From NCBI RefSeq assembly GCF_006345805.1, contig NC_043004.1, positions 69,998,001-70,062,000 of the forward strand: DNA of 64,000 nt. Reading direction: 5' to 3'. The position numbers and the translations under genes are program-made. Origin of the DNA: Octopus sinensis. Taxonomy: Eukaryota. The stretch's first letter is position 1. The number at the start of each line of letters is the position of its first letter. The notes beneath the pieces are model-generated. The model was given only the letters and a program-made list of their open reading frames with translations. It did no database searches and was not told the DNA's origin. Positions 1-13,884 of this stretch are shown in pieces.

Positions 1-568
1 TTCAGTCAATTGCAAGGTAGTCATATTACACCTAAGTGTTATTTTAACAAGACGCGCCAAGGTAATTAGTTTTAATGAAATAGAAGTTAGGTTTCTAGTG
101 ATGAACTCAACAGACAGAAATAACCAAGATATATATATGGAGGATAAAATGTCAAAGATGAATGCTGAATATAATTGAAATGCAAGGATTATTTTTGCAA
201 CAAGATTTCTTCTTTAGAAAATAATGCTGAGAGAGGAACTGATTGGCACCGAAATAAATGGCAGTGAAATTGAAACTTGTTGCTTATCAAGAGAGAATGA
301 ATTAAGAACATTTAATGTAGGTGCAAAATGTTAAGGACATCTTTTTTTTTACTTTTTGCATGTTTCGGTCATTTGACTGTGGCCATGCTAGGGCATGCTT
401 TAATGGGTTCAGCTGAGCAAATGTGCCCAGCATTTATTCTTTAAGCCTAGTATTTACTCTATTGATCACTTTTGCTGAACTGTTAACTTACAGGGATGTA
501 AACAAACCAACACCAGTTGTCAAGCAATGATGGAGAAGCAAAATATACAAACATGCACACACACACAA

Positions 569-613
<45 letters not shown>

Positions 614-1273
614 CACACACATATAAACATACACATTCAGGGGCTATAATAGAAGACACTTGCCCAAGGTGTCATGCAGTAGGACTGAACCCAAAATCAC
701 AGTTGCAAAGTGAGGTTCTTAACCACACAACCTTACTAATGACCTGTCATCAAAAGGTTTGTTTAAACAAACAAACAGTATATGATGATGGTGTTAGTAA
801 AAAATTTATATTGTGCAACAATTGAAAATGGTGTTTGTACATTGTAAAGTTGCATATAACAAGATGGTTATGTTCTGTGGCTATATTTTATGTCTGTGCA
901 TTTTCTTGCTTTACATCCATTTTTCCATGCCAGCATGAGTCAGATGAATAGGTATTGAAATACTGTTTAACAGCTGGATGCTACAAGAATATTAGCAACA
1001 GTATGAGAAAAACTGATTTGAAGTTTCTGTACATACCAGTACCGTTTCAAAGAATACAAAGTAAAAGACAGATTTACAACAGCTATGTTTGGAAACCAGA
1101 AGTTAAAATCTTTGGTCCACCCTAGAATAAGGAGTTTCTCATGTTACTCTTTTTCTTACTTCAGTCGTATGACTGCAGCCAAACTGGAGCCTCAACTCAA
1201 GGATTTTAGCTACTTTTTATTTTTATTTATCTTCCATTACTTATTGAGCAGAAAGCAAAATTACATGATAATA

Positions 1274-1444
1274 GGCGCAGGAGTGGCTGTGTGGTAAGTA
1301 GCTTGCTAACCAACCACATGGTTCCGGGTTTAGTCCCACTGCGTGGCATCTTGGGCAAGTGTCTTCTGCTATAGCCCTGGACCGACCAATGCCTTGTGAT
1401 TGGATTTGGTAGATGGAAACTGAAAGAAGCCTGTCGTATATATG

Positions 1445-1519
<75 letters not shown>

Positions 1520-1727
1520 ATGTGTGTGTGTTTGTCCCCCTAGCATTGCTTGACAACCGATGCTGGTGTGTTTACGTCCCCGTCACTTAGCGGTTCGGCA
1601 AAAGAGACTGATAGAATAAGTACTAGGCTTACAAAGAATAAGTCCTGGGGTTGATTTGCTCGACTAAAGGCGGTGCTCCAGCATGGCTGCAGTCATATGA
1701 CTGAAACAAGTAAATGAGAGTAAAGAG
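1274..1727 (+). mobile_element. tRNA-headed SINE family A (octopus-type), full length, with internal (TA)n(TG)n microsatellite
   Basis: Head ggcgcaggagtggctgtgtggtaag (A box) ...gggtttagtccc (B box-like), conserved body, and 3' end ...gactgaaacaagtaaa(a)gag tail. More than 20 full or partial copies occur in the window. Confidence 0.9.
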
Positions 1728-2889
1728 ATAAAATGGCTTACGCAAGACCTATGGTTACCAAATACCTCTGTCAGTGAGCTAAACGTGAAGTGAAAAGGAC
1801 ACAATCCAATGCTTAAACCGCATATGTGTGTATAGTGACCTTAAATGCACTGGTCACATGTCCAATTTCATTTTGTTGTCATAGGTAGAAAACGACAGAG
1901 TTGTTAGAGCATCAAAGAGTGTTTCATGGTATTTGTTCTGAACCTCTGCACTCTGAGTTCAAATCCAAGTATTGTCAAATTTACCTGTCATCCTTTTGGG
2001 TGAGATTGATAAAAAAGTACCAATCCAAGGCAATTTTATTTAGGCCCTTCACTCCCTATGGGGCATAGGCCATCAGCAACTTTCCTTCACTGTTCTCAAC
2101 TCTGGGTTGTTTTTTTTCCATCTGCTTCTCTCCACTTGGGTCCCTGCTTTTCCTCAGTATTCCACCTCCAGCTATTTATTTGGGAGTCCTCTCTTCTCGC
2201 TCTCTTGTGGGTTGTTTCCATGAAAAAAGGCCTTCTTCTCTCACACTTCATTGCTTTTGAATTGTCATAAATGCTTCTATAATTTTGCTTTTTACTAGGT
2301 AGGGGTGATGGCCCTGCATAAACCTATTTTTACTTCTGGATGAGGTGGTCCATATTAGTCTGGCCTCTATTCTTTGATCTGTCCAGTAGGAGAGGATCTA
2401 CTAGGAGCCAGCACTTCACTGGCACAGGACTCAGAGTCACTGAGACACACAAGCCACAGCACCGTAACAAAGACTAGGGCCTTGTGGTAGAACCAATGGC
2501 AGTGGATTGGTAGAGATATAAAAACAATGAACTGGATGCCTTGCAGCATTTGTACCAGCTCTTTGTATTCTGGGTTCAAATCCTTTCATGGCCTAGTTCG
2601 ATGATAGACTTAAATTATAGACCCATCTAGTACCACTGGCTGGCACCTTGGGTGCCTCTAGCGGTATCCACTCTGTTGCAAGCATTCAGATAAGGTCTCT
2701 GGGTTGAGGATACTGCCCTCCCTCCCACCTGCTTACCAGTTTCAGAGGTGTTGTAAAGGGCCATGGGCACTACTGTCCTTCCTGACTTAGATATAGAAAA
2801 GAAAAAGGTAAAATTTAATTCCAGAATAAGATAACTAATAAGGTAACCTACATGTGAATGGAATTCAAATAGAAAATGAAGAACTTGTT

Positions 2890-3010
2890 TGTTTTGGAAT
2901 GCTTCGTTGGTTTCAAGACAAAAACTGTAATTGTTACATCTATTTTAGAAGATAATGATATCAATGTTTCCTTTATCCCAGAAACTTGGCTCATTGCAGA
3001 ACCCCCACCC
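2890..3010 (+). pseudogene. Decayed AP-endonuclease N-terminus of a LINE
   Basis: ILEDNDINVSFIPETWL resembles the ..D(I/V)...TETWL motif. Confidence 0.5.
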
Positions 3011-4729
3011 TCCAAACATGTCCTACTAAAAGTCTTGTATTGCAGTTACATCTACCAGAATATCATGAAACCAATGAGAGAGAGAAAGAAAGAGAGAGAG
3101 ATCGCCTCTATGTGATCAATTGACATGCTAGAAATAGTAGCCAACTCTTTTAAATTGCACTTTATTATCTTAAAAGGAAAGAAATGTCTAATGAAACATA
3201 AGATTTTTTTTCTTCTTCCTGTTCTGTTACTTGCTGGATCTGGAGGAATGGATTGTGCTTGTGGCCCCCATAGATCCTTGTTACTAGTAAGACTGAAGCT
3301 ATTAATGTTCCTCTTTAACTACTGCAACTCAATACCTGAGGGAAAGACAAGAGCAAGGAAGGAAGGAGTTCCAGAGGGCCAATGTTCTAGAAAGAAGAAA
3401 GGACTGGGTGTAGTGATTAGCACGACATCCTAATAAAAGATGGGATGGTCATGACTGGAAGACCCTTGATAATAGCTCTATTTAATCCCACTGATACCAA
3501 TTCACTCAAGACTGCACCTGGTTTTATGATACAAACTTCTTGTTTAAAATTAAAACCTTCCACCAAAAATTTCATGTTAAAGTACGTTCCAAATACCAGT
3601 TCAATAATGACAGTTATTTTACCAAATACTTCATGGTTACTTTCAAAATTAAGGAAGCATATTTCACCATTGTAAAATATACTTGCACAGGATCTTGGGA
3701 AAATGTTTTCTAACAAAACTCTGAGTCAACCAAAGGTTTGTGAGTGGATTTAGCCTATAGAAGCTGAGAGAGGCCTCTGTCTGTCTGTCTGTGTGTGTGT
3801 GTGCGCGTGTGCGTGCGTGTGTGTGTGTGTATATATATCTCTGTCTAGACATACGATGATTGTAAATGAACAATCATCATACAAGCAAGGTTGTTTGTTT
3901 TCAGTCATCTGCAAAGAACATGTCTGGTCATGGGGGAAAATTACCTTGCTTGCAAACTGGTAAGGGTTGGCAGCAGGAAGGGCATCTGGCCATAGAAGCT
4001 CTGCCTCAATGAATTCCATCTGATTCATGAAAGCATGAAAAGGCAGATCTTAAAAGATGATTATGATATGGTAACAAAAGGGTTAATTGTAACTGACCTG
4101 TGTACCATCAACCAGAAAAGTATCTCCAAGAGTTGGTAGTGCTATAGTAATCATAAAATGCCATTTCTTAAACAGGCAGATGCCGTCCAAATCTTACACA
4201 TCCTTTTGATATGCTGGTTGTAATATAAAATATAAATCAACAGCAAAATGCTACATAAATCAGGGATCAGCGACAGGTTGCTCACTGAAGTGTCCAATGT
4301 GGGTTTTGAAACTTTTCTGAAGAAATTTCAAATTTAAATTCATTTGTAGCCCTTTGAGCAGATGATGTTTTATTAGGAAGTCTTTTTTGTCATAATTTGT
4401 TTAACGTTTGCCTACATGAGCATTATCTGTAATGGAAATATGGCGGTGGGATTTGTGGAGATATAGCAGGTACACACAAAACTATGTCAAAAGCTGATAA
4501 ATATCTAAATGAGGGGAAATTAAATTTTCAAGTGGTTAAGCTTTAATTTAAAGACTCGTAAGTAATCTTATATGTAATCTGCAGAGAATAGCTGAAGCAT
4601 AATCATTCTATTTTGTGGGCTGTTAATGACTGAATAATTTACATGGGAACTAAAGATTAACAAGATTATTTCAAAAGTCAATTTAGTTAATTTTTAAAAC
4701 ACAAGGAGTGAAGTGTGTATATATACACA

Positions 4730-4785
<56 letters not shown>

Positions 4786-5324
4786 TAAAATAATAAGATT
4801 ATCTCAATGGAATCTCTAATTGTTTTAAAACAATGGGTTCACATCATTCATTCTTTTAAGCTGACATGGGATAGGTGCTTCTGATGATTAAAGCAAATTG
4901 GCAGAGTCATTAAAACATCAGGCATAAGGCTTTGTAGTGTTTGCTCTGATTCTTTGCACTGTGAGTTCAAATCCTTTTGAAGTCAACTTTACTTGTCATC
5001 CTTTTGGGAGGGCTTTGATAAAATGCACCAATCCAGGGCAATAGACTGAAAGAACTCTAAGAACATCAGTCTGGAATCATTATCAACAGCAAGTAGCATT
5101 TTCGATGCTGGCATGGATTGGACAGTTTGACAAGAACTGGCAAGGCCAGGGGTTGCACTAGGTTGCATAGTCTGTTTTTGGCTTGGCTTTTACAGATGGA
5201 TGCCCTTCCTAATGCCAACCACATTACAGAGTGTAATGGGTGCTTTTTACATGGCACCCAACACTCTGCATTTTGAGTTCCAGTCTCACAATGGTCTACT
5301 TGGGTAGCAGACTTATTTCATTAC

Positions 5325-5438
5325 CTGATTTAGCACCACCACCTGGCCTTTTAGGTGTCTCTAGCAAATACAAGCATTTGGACCAAGTCTTTGGTTTAAG
5401 GATACCTTCATTCCTCCCTCCTACTAATCTCAGAAGCC
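5325..5438 (-). CDS. Candidate 114-bp symmetric (phase 1-1) coding exon LLRLVGGRNEGILKPKTWSKCLYLLETPKRPGGGAKS
   Basis: Acceptor gacttttacag at 5439-5449 and donor TCAG|GTAATG at 5325/5324. Only one of the three frames is open, and the phase is compatible with the 13885 exon. Confidence 0.45.
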
Positions 5439-6238
5439 CTGTAAAAGTCATGGGCATTATCTTCTCTATCATCAACAGCATCATCATGAACAACAACAAT
5501 GCCTGGCCCTCACTGTTTTGCGCCACATAAAAAGCACTGATGCCATGTAAAAAGCACCCAGTACACTCTGTGGAGTAGTTGGTGTTAGGAAGGGCATTCA
5601 GCTGTAGAAATCAAGCCAAAACAGACTATGGAACCGGGTGTGGCTCCTGGCCTTGCCCCTTCTTGTCAAGCCATCCAACCTATCCCAGCATGGAAAACAG
5701 ATGTTAAATGTTCATGATGATGATAATGGTTTTGTGTGTTTGTATGTGTCTCTGTCTATGTTAAAATCTCTTGAAAAGAAAAAGAAAAAAAAGAATCTAT
5801 GTTTATTTCCAGCAAACTTAGTAGCGTGACAAACAGATCAATTTGCTAAATCCAGTTTCCTTGATTGAACAAAAAAAAGTGCCATTCTTACTTTACAGTT
5901 GGGTTTAGGTGGCAGTGGCACCCAATTGAACACTTTACAGGAACACAAGCTCTTGTAGTAGTGGTAGAACAAGCAGCTCCATTGCAAGTATGGGTGTGTG
6001 GCTAAGGAGCTCACTTTGCACCCACATGGTTATGAGTTCAGTTCCATAGTGTGGCAGTATGCACAAGTGTCTTCTATGGCCCAGAGCAACCAATGTCTTG
6101 TGAATGAATTTGGTCAATAGAAACTGTGTGGAATCCTCTGTGCAGTAGGAAGGGCACCCAGCAGTAACTGCTCCAACTAGTAAAACATCTCATCCATGCA
6201 AAAACACACCATCAAATGTATGAAGGTGCATGTATGTG

Positions 6239-6292
<54 letters not shown>

Positions 6293-7127
6293 AAATTTGC
6301 TTATGGGAAATGCTTTGAATATGCAAATAAAGCTCTGATTCCATTATGTCAGCCACTGTCTAATGATGCTATAAATTCCATTCTAGGATTATTATTATTA
6401 TCATCATTATATATATAAACATACATATGTAAACAAAAGAATGGAGATGGTATTATATAGCTTAAATACTATATGTTTTACATTTATGAATATATGTATG
6501 TATATGGTGGATATAAAATTAAAATGGAAAAAGAAAATAGTGAAGCATAAATGATACAACTAATTTTACCATTCATTTTCATTTGTTGGCATCAAGTGAA
6601 AAATGTCTGCAATGAATACTGAGCAAGGTCGTTTTTCACATGCTTCTGGGATGTTCTGGGCCTTACAAAAAATAAACCATGCAGTTTGTTACACTGATGA
6701 GGGAATCTTTATATGATTGTTTGACATGCTAAAAAAATAGCAGTGACATCTTCCTCAGGTTCCATACTATTGTCTTTGAAGAGGAAATCTTTGTCTTTCT
6801 TTCTTTTCTTTTTACTTGTTTCAATCATTAGACTGTGGCCATTCTGGGACACTGCCTTGAAGAATTTTTAGTCAAATCTATCAACTCCAGTGCTTATTTT
6901 TTTAAAGCCTGGTACTTATTGTACCAGTCTCTTTTGATGAACTGCTAAGTTGTAGGGACATAAACACACCTACACCAGTTGTCAAGTGGTGGTGGTAGTG
7001 GTGGCAGGAGACGAACATAGACACGAAGAGACACACGTACACATATACATACATACATATATATATATATATATTAGTTGATAAAGGAAACAAAAGATGG
7101 ATTTAGTGCAACCATTTCCTTTATCAG

Positions 7128-7316
7128 TTATAAACTCAACAAACACTGCAGATTTCCTGATGTAGATCCAGTGATACTTATATCATTACTGTGGATAACA
7201 TCAGGTAGCCCAAACGGTGAATGTGCTTTAATCGACATACTAATAGATGTACACTCAAAGTCCAAATAGTTGAATAACATGGGATAAACATGGCTAGAAT
7301 GCTTTTCACCATTAAT
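7128..7316 (-). CDS. Possible coding exon INGEKHSSHVYPMLFNYLDFECTSISMSIKAHSPFGLPDVIHSNDISITGSTSGNLQCLLSL*
   Basis: Acceptor tcttgattcaacag followed by 62 open codons of non-repetitive sequence, with weak resemblance to the C-terminal half of an FN3 domain (L......SIKAHSPFG....S..I.IT). Confidence 0.3.
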   Translation of the reverse strand: MNGEKHSSHVYPMLFNYLDFECTSISMSIKAHSPFGLPDVIHSNDISITGSTSGNLQCLLSL

Positions 7317-8306
7317 CTGTTGAATCAAGATTGACTTGAAGCTAAACAACAACAACACACAGCCCAGTGTTTTACTGTTTTAACTATCATCACTAGTAAT
7401 ATATTCCAGATTAATGACCATATATAAACTGTTATTCAATTATAGAAACAGGGGAGATACCTTAATATTTTCACTGTACATCTTTATACAGAGAATAAGG
7501 TCATCTTAGAACCTAAAACAGCATAAAGATAATGGAACCGTTATCTCTGCTTATTTATAAATTACAGTAAAAATAACAGCCAATCATAATGTAATAACAC
7601 CACTCCATGTAAAATATAGTTGCATTACATCCAATTGCTAAAATCAGAACAACTGTTGTTGATGATGATGATGATGGCAATGATGAAATATTGCAGTTAA
7701 TGCATAAGATCAAATCTTTTACAAGACAGGCTTATGGCCGATTGATATAAAATGTCATCAATGCATTGAAGAATGTAATATGTCTGTACGTCTAAGGTGT
7801 GGCTGTGTGACCAAGATGCTTAGGTTCTGTCCTTCCATGTGGCACCTTGGGCAAGAGTCTTTTAGTATAGTCCTGAGCTGACCAAAGCCTTGAGGATTTG
7901 GTAGACAGAAAGTGAAAGGTGTGTGTGTGTGTGTGTACCCTTGTCTTGACATCATATGGTGACTGAAAATAAGCACCTCTGTCATAAAAGCAGCAATGTT
8001 GTTCATTTCCAGTCTTTCATGAAAAACATGTCTGGTTATGGCGGAAATATTACTTTGCTTGGAAATAGGTGAGGGTTGGTGACAGGAAGGGCATCTGGCT
8101 GTAGAAAGTTTGCCTCAACAAATTCTGTCTGACTCATGAAAGCTAGGAAATGTGAATGCTTGATGATGATGATAATAATACTTAACTTATATGTGTATTC
8201 CAACAAAGGAACCTACAAATCCATCTTCCTCTCTCCTGTTGGCTTTTGTTTTATTATTTTTTTTTTAATTAGTTCTTTATGTTATTACAAAATATTTCCA
8301 ATAAAA

Positions 8307-8646
8307 CATCATCATCATCGTTTAGCGTCCGCTTTCCATGCTAGCATGGGTTGGACGGTTCAACTGGGATCTGGCAATGTTTCTATGGTTGGATGCCCTT
8401 CCTAATGCCAACCACTCCGTGAGTGTAGTGGGTGCTTTTTACGTGCCACCCGCACAGGTGCCAGACGAGTCTGGCAAACGGCCACGATCGGATGGTGCTT
8501 TTTACGTGCCACTGGCACGGGGGCCAGGCGGGGCTGGCAACGGCCATGAACGGATGGTGCTTTTTACATGCCACCGGCACGAGGCCAGTCGGGGCGGCGC
8601 TGGCAACAGCCACGTTCAGATGGTTCTCTTACGTGCCACCGGCACA
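8307..8646 (-). mobile_element. RTE-tail retroelement family B with internal about 60-bp VNTR and (GAT)n tail
   Basis: The sense strand ends aggaagggcatcc...acccatgctagcatggaaagcggacgctaaacgatgatgatg, with tandem units gatggtgctttttacgtgccaccggcac. RTE affinity is inferred from the tail type. Confidence 0.8.
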
Positions 8647-10047
8647 GTGATCAATATTTGAAAATAGAGACATAAGCATTAGCCTTAGTAGATGGTGACT
8701 TTCCTGGACATCTAATGCTACATACAGATAGGCATGTTAGATAAACTGGTATACCAACTGAAAGATGCTGTTGAATATAGCCAGAGCTTTTGTACTATTG
8801 CCCAATACAACCAGACAGTGTTGCTGACCAATACATCCAGAAGAATTGGTGCTGTTGACCAATAAGCCAGATAAATTGTGCTGTTGACTGAAACAACCAG
8901 CCAACTTGTGTTATAATGACCAATATAGCCAGACAGTTTATGCTGTTGACCAATACAGCTACACAGCTTGTGGTATTACAACCAATGTTGCTAGAAGAGG
9001 TAATGTCCAAGACCTCTGAAAACACTCTCAGACTTGTCAGATTGATGTGGTTTATAATCAACTTGAATGTAAAGTTGCAATACCAGTTAACATTGGGGGT
9101 ATGAGGTGGGAGAATAATACATAAATTGGGAAAAGGGAAAAAAGTAGAAGGCAGATATGAATTACAGAGGGTCACTGATGTTCTGGGAAGGAATGGAAAG
9201 GTAGGACCATGTTATAAGCCAGGAATTTCGGCAGTGAGACACAAGAGAGACAGATGGGTTTAGGTGGCAGTGGTACCCAATTGGACACCTTGCAGGAACA
9301 CAAGCTCTTGTAGTAGTGGTAGAACAAGCAGTTCCATTGCAAGTGTGGGTATGTGGCTAAGGAGCTCACTTTACACCCAGATGGTTATGGATTCAGTCCC
9401 ATAGTATGGCACTATGCACAAGTGTCTTCTACTATAGCCCAGGCTGACCAATGTCTTGTGGGTGAACTTGGTCAATAGAAACTGTGGAATCCTCTTTGTG
9501 TGTGTGTGTTTGTCTATTTGTCACTGCTTGACAACTGGTGTTGGTTTGTTTACAGCAAATGAGACCAACAGAATAAGTACCGGAGAGGTGGAGTGGCCAT
9601 TTGTTTGACGAAACCCTTCAAGACGGTGCCCAGCAGAGCCGCAGTTCAAGGACTGAAACAAGTAAAAAAAAATAAAAGAATAATAAAAGAAAACATTAAA
9701 ATAAAAATCCTTGCACATACTCATAAGATGTGCTTGCTTTAACCACCACCACCACCACCGCCGCCAATGCCTCTACCACCATTATCGCAAATACTATTCT
9801 ATTTCTTTCGTATTTCAATTGATACGGATTAGTCTGGTGTAGTCCAATCAAATTCAATGCTGTAAATACTGTGTTCTTACAAGCATAAACAGCTCATTCA
9901 ATTGGCGATAGTTCTGAAATGGTTAGTCACGGCTTTCACTGAGGCTTTATGTGAATAGAGGAGAGAAAGAGTCAGTATTGATGAATTTTAAAGAAAACAT
10001 CAGATTCAAACAAATACATCCAGTAAATTATACATGTGTGTGTGTGT

Positions 10048-10087
<40 letters not shown>

Positions 10088-10653
10088 ATGCACATGCATG
10101 TACATACATTGACAGATATATGCACACAAACAAACATACCCACAATGATCGATATATATATACATAGATATGTGCACATATTTATATACACACACAATAA
10201 ATGTTTCTGCATATATATTCACACAATATAAATACATGTACACACACGCTCACAACTATTAGATACATATAAGATATATAGCCATAGATTGAAAACCATG
10301 CATACATATATACACAGAGGGAGGAAGAAAGACTGTGTGTGTGTGTTTTCAATCTCTAATGCAACAATAACCATTTTTTAGTTAGAAGTATTTCAAAAAT
10401 TTTTGATAATGGTTGCAGCAAAATGTTACCATTTGTTCAGCTAACAAAATAAGTGATGATAATTAACATACATACAAATAACTCATTAACCTTTTGCCTA
10501 ATTTAACATTTACCAAGCCAAAAACGATATTGGTTTCAGTTGACCCATTTACAAATCATAATTATTTAATCCATTCATGGCCAATATTATAGTTTAACAG
10601 TTAGAGGTTGCACTATAATAAGAAGGGATATTTTCAAACCTCATCCTTTCAAA

Positions 10654-10915
10654 CCCCCGTGCCGGTGGCACGTAAAAAGCACCATCCGTCCGTGGCTGTT
10701 TGCCAGCTCCGTCTGGCACCTGTGCGGGTGGCACGTAAAAAGCACCCACTACATTCATGGAGTGGTTGGCGTTAGGAAGGGCATCCAGCCGTAGAAACAC
10801 TGCCAGATCAGACTGGGCCTGATGCAGCCTTCTGGCTTCACAGACCCCAGTTGAACTGTCCAACCCATGCTGGCATGGAAAGCGGACGCTAAGTGATGAT
10901 GATGATGATGATGAT
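10654..10915 (+). mobile_element. Family B element, 5'-truncated
   Basis: Same body and (GAT)n tail. Confidence 0.8.
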
Positions 10916-11160
10916 AGTCCAGATTAGTAGCACTTCATCTGAGCCATACTGCCCACTTGGATGCATTATGAGCTCACAAAGGGCAGAAAAGGTCAAGGTG
11001 TGTGTGTGTGTGGGATGTTGCTGGGTGTGTACTGGGCCATGAGTTTTCTTAGAAATAAAATATTTAAACTCGGAACAATATCCATAGTTTAACCATTTCT
11101 GTTCAAATACACTGTCTGATTCAATAAACTTTGGAAATAATAATTTAGTAAAATAACTTT

Positions 11161-11520
11161 TACGGTGGCACGTAAAAAGCACCATCCGTTCGTGGCCGTT
11201 GCCAGCACCGCCCCGACTGGCCTTGTGCCGGTGGCACGTAAAAAGCACCATCTGTTCGTGGCCGTTGCCAGCCCCGCCTGGCCCCCGTGCCGGTGGCACA
11301 TAAAAAGCACCATCCGATCGTGGCCGTTTGCCAAACTCGTCTGGCACGTAAAAAGCACCCACTACACTCATGGAGTGGTTGGTGTTAGGAAGGGCATCCA
11401 GCCATAGAAACATTGCCAGATCAAACTGGGCCTGGTGCAGCCTTCTGGCCTCACAGACCCCAGTTGAACCGTCCAACCCATGCTAGCATGGAAAGCGGAC
11501 GCTAAACGATGATGATGATG
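11161..11520 (+). mobile_element. Family B element, 5'-truncated
   Basis: About 3-4 VNTR units plus the conserved 3' end. Confidence 0.8.
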
Positions 11521-12576
11521 AACTTCGCCATTATCAAGCTAATATTTGGAACATAAGTTAACATGAAATTTTGATGGGAGGTTTTTATTCAGATAATTTA
11601 AAACTCAAGGTGTTTCTGGCAGATTGGTATCAAAAGGGTTTAAATATTTTTAAAGCTTCAGCATTTAAAATTTATCTTTTATTTGTGTTGATTTCTCGGC
11701 TTTATTAATTAGCTATTTCTTTAATGAATCACATGGTTCCATGAGCTTCACTTTTTTGGGAGTTACTTTACAATTAAGCTGCTAGTCTATTATTGCAGAA
11801 AGTCCTGTCAGGTATTCTTTAGCTAAATTAACTGAAGGGTAATTCAGGATGACTTTGTGTTAAGACAGAATGAAAAGCAAAGTGGTGAATACGAACTGGT
11901 AATTTAGGGTTGGAGATCCTATCATTAATCTACTTAGCCAGTGCAATAATGACAAATTTTCTCTAATTTTGGCACAAGGCCAGAAACGTTTGGAAGACAA
12001 GGATAGTTGACAACATCAATCTCAATACTTGAATGGTACTCTATTTTATCAACCCAGAGAGATGAAAAGTGAAGTTGACTCTGGCAGGAGCTAAACTCAG
12101 AAGGTAAACAACCAGAACAAATATTGCAAGGCATTTTGTCTGATACTCAAATGACTCACCATCACGAGGGCAAGTTCTTGTGCACCCCAATGAGCCTGAG
12201 ACCGAAAGCTACTAGAGAGCAAGTTCCTGGTAGGGTATTCCATGCTGGACAGGTCAAACGATAGAGGCCAGACTAATATAGACCACTTCTTCTCAGAGGT
12301 AAAAATGTCTCTGCATAGGGCCAATACTCTTGCCTAGAAAAGGGCAGAATTACAGAATCATTCACGACAATTCAAAACCAATATGATCTGGGAGAGAAAG
12401 GCCTTTCCTTGAGAATACTGAAGCAGAACTAAAAGAACAGGGATTTCACTGAGGGAAGCAGAAATGACAGGAAATAAATCTATTGATAGCTTAATAGTTT
12501 ATGCTCCACAGAGAGGAAAGAGCCTAAGTAAGTGTAATGATTCTGCCAGACAGCTGCCCAAAAATAATAATAATAA

Positions 12577-12825
12577 TCATCATCATCATCGTTTAGCGTC
12601 CGCTTTCCATGCTAGCATGGGTTGGACGGTTCAACTGGGGTCTGTGAAGCCAGAAGGCTGCATCAGGCCCAGTCTGATCTGGCAGTGTTTCTACGGCTGG
12701 ATGCCCTTCCTAATGCCAACCACTCCGTGAGTGTAGTGGGTGCTTTTTACGTGCCACCCGCACAGGTGCCAGACGGAGCTGGCAAACGGCCACGGACGGA
12801 TGGTGCTTTTTACGTGCCACCGGCA
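12577..12825 (-). mobile_element. Family B element, 5'-truncated
   Basis: Same 3' end with (CAT)n on the plus strand. Confidence 0.8.
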
Positions 12826-13554
12826 ATAATAATAATAATAATAATAACAATAATCCTTTCTACTATAGGCACAAAGCGTGAAATTGTGTGTGTGTGTGTG
12901 TGGGGGGCTAGTCGAGTACATTGACCCCAGTGCATAACTGATACTTATTTCATTGGCCCCAAAAGGATGGATGAAAGGCAAAGTCAACCTTGGAACTTGA
13001 ACTCAATAAGACTGACAAAATGACACAAAGCACTTTGTCCACTGGGCTAATGATTCTGTTAGTTGGCCACCTTAAATAATAATGATGATGGTTTCAAATT
13101 TTGGCACAAGGCCAGCAATTTTGGGGTTGGGGTTTGACACTAGTGTTCAACTTGTACTCATTGGCCCTGAACGAATGAAAGGTAAAATCAACCTTGGCAG
13201 AATTTGAACTCAGAATGTAAAAACGGACAAAAAGTTGCTCAGCAGTTTGCCTAGTACTCTCATGATTCTGCCAGCTCACTACCTTAATAATAATAAGAAT
13301 CCAAGACATTTCATTTGATGTTGTAACTGTAACTCAGACTTATAGTAAAGATGAAATGGGATGTAGTGTTGTTCATGCCTGTTCCAAGAGTATTATTATT
13401 ACTAATACCCAATAAATAAGACCTTCATGCATGAATGGCCAAAAGGATGGCTATTGGCTATCTAGCTATGAAACATTCAGGAAAAAAAAAATAAAACAAA
13501 AACCATACAAATGTTGAAATTTGCAGATGTAGCCAAACTCAGAGAAGCATAGAG

Positions 13555-13607
<53 letters not shown>

Positions 13608-13884
13608 TGCTTAGTCATAACCAAAATGTAAAAATTCTAAGAGATTATGATGATTTTTGTTTTTTCTCTCATGAATACTATAATCAATCACACACACATT
13701 ACACATACATATAAACATATATGTATATACACATAAACATATATATATATATATATACATACATTTATATACACATATATACATCCATTCATTCATATAC
13801 GCATACAATACACGTATATGCATATATGCCTCTATGTGGAAACTCAATTTCTTAGAAACAACAGCCAAGTCGACCCCGACTTAC

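Noticed and set aside
1274-1345. tRNA genes at SINE A and SINE C heads
   Set aside because: A/B boxes are present, but the sequences run directly into SINE bodies with no complete cloverleaf or terminator.
3417-3716. 99-aa minus-strand ORF
   Set aside because: Both ends run into repeats (SINE A remnant and family D), and no consistent splice sites were found.
4096-4316. Exon bounded by a good acceptor and donor on the minus strand
   Set aside because: All three frames contain stops, so it is not supportable as a coding exon.
5325-5438. PH-domain (cytohesin-like) assignment
   Set aside because: There is only a loose G.L..GG...KTW.K resemblance, and no following PH strands were found.
10594-11476. 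Recurrent peptide MDGSTGVCEARRLHQAQ...[13 protein letters not shown] as a gene family
   Set aside because: It is the antisense reading of the non-coding family B retroposon; frames break differently in each copy.
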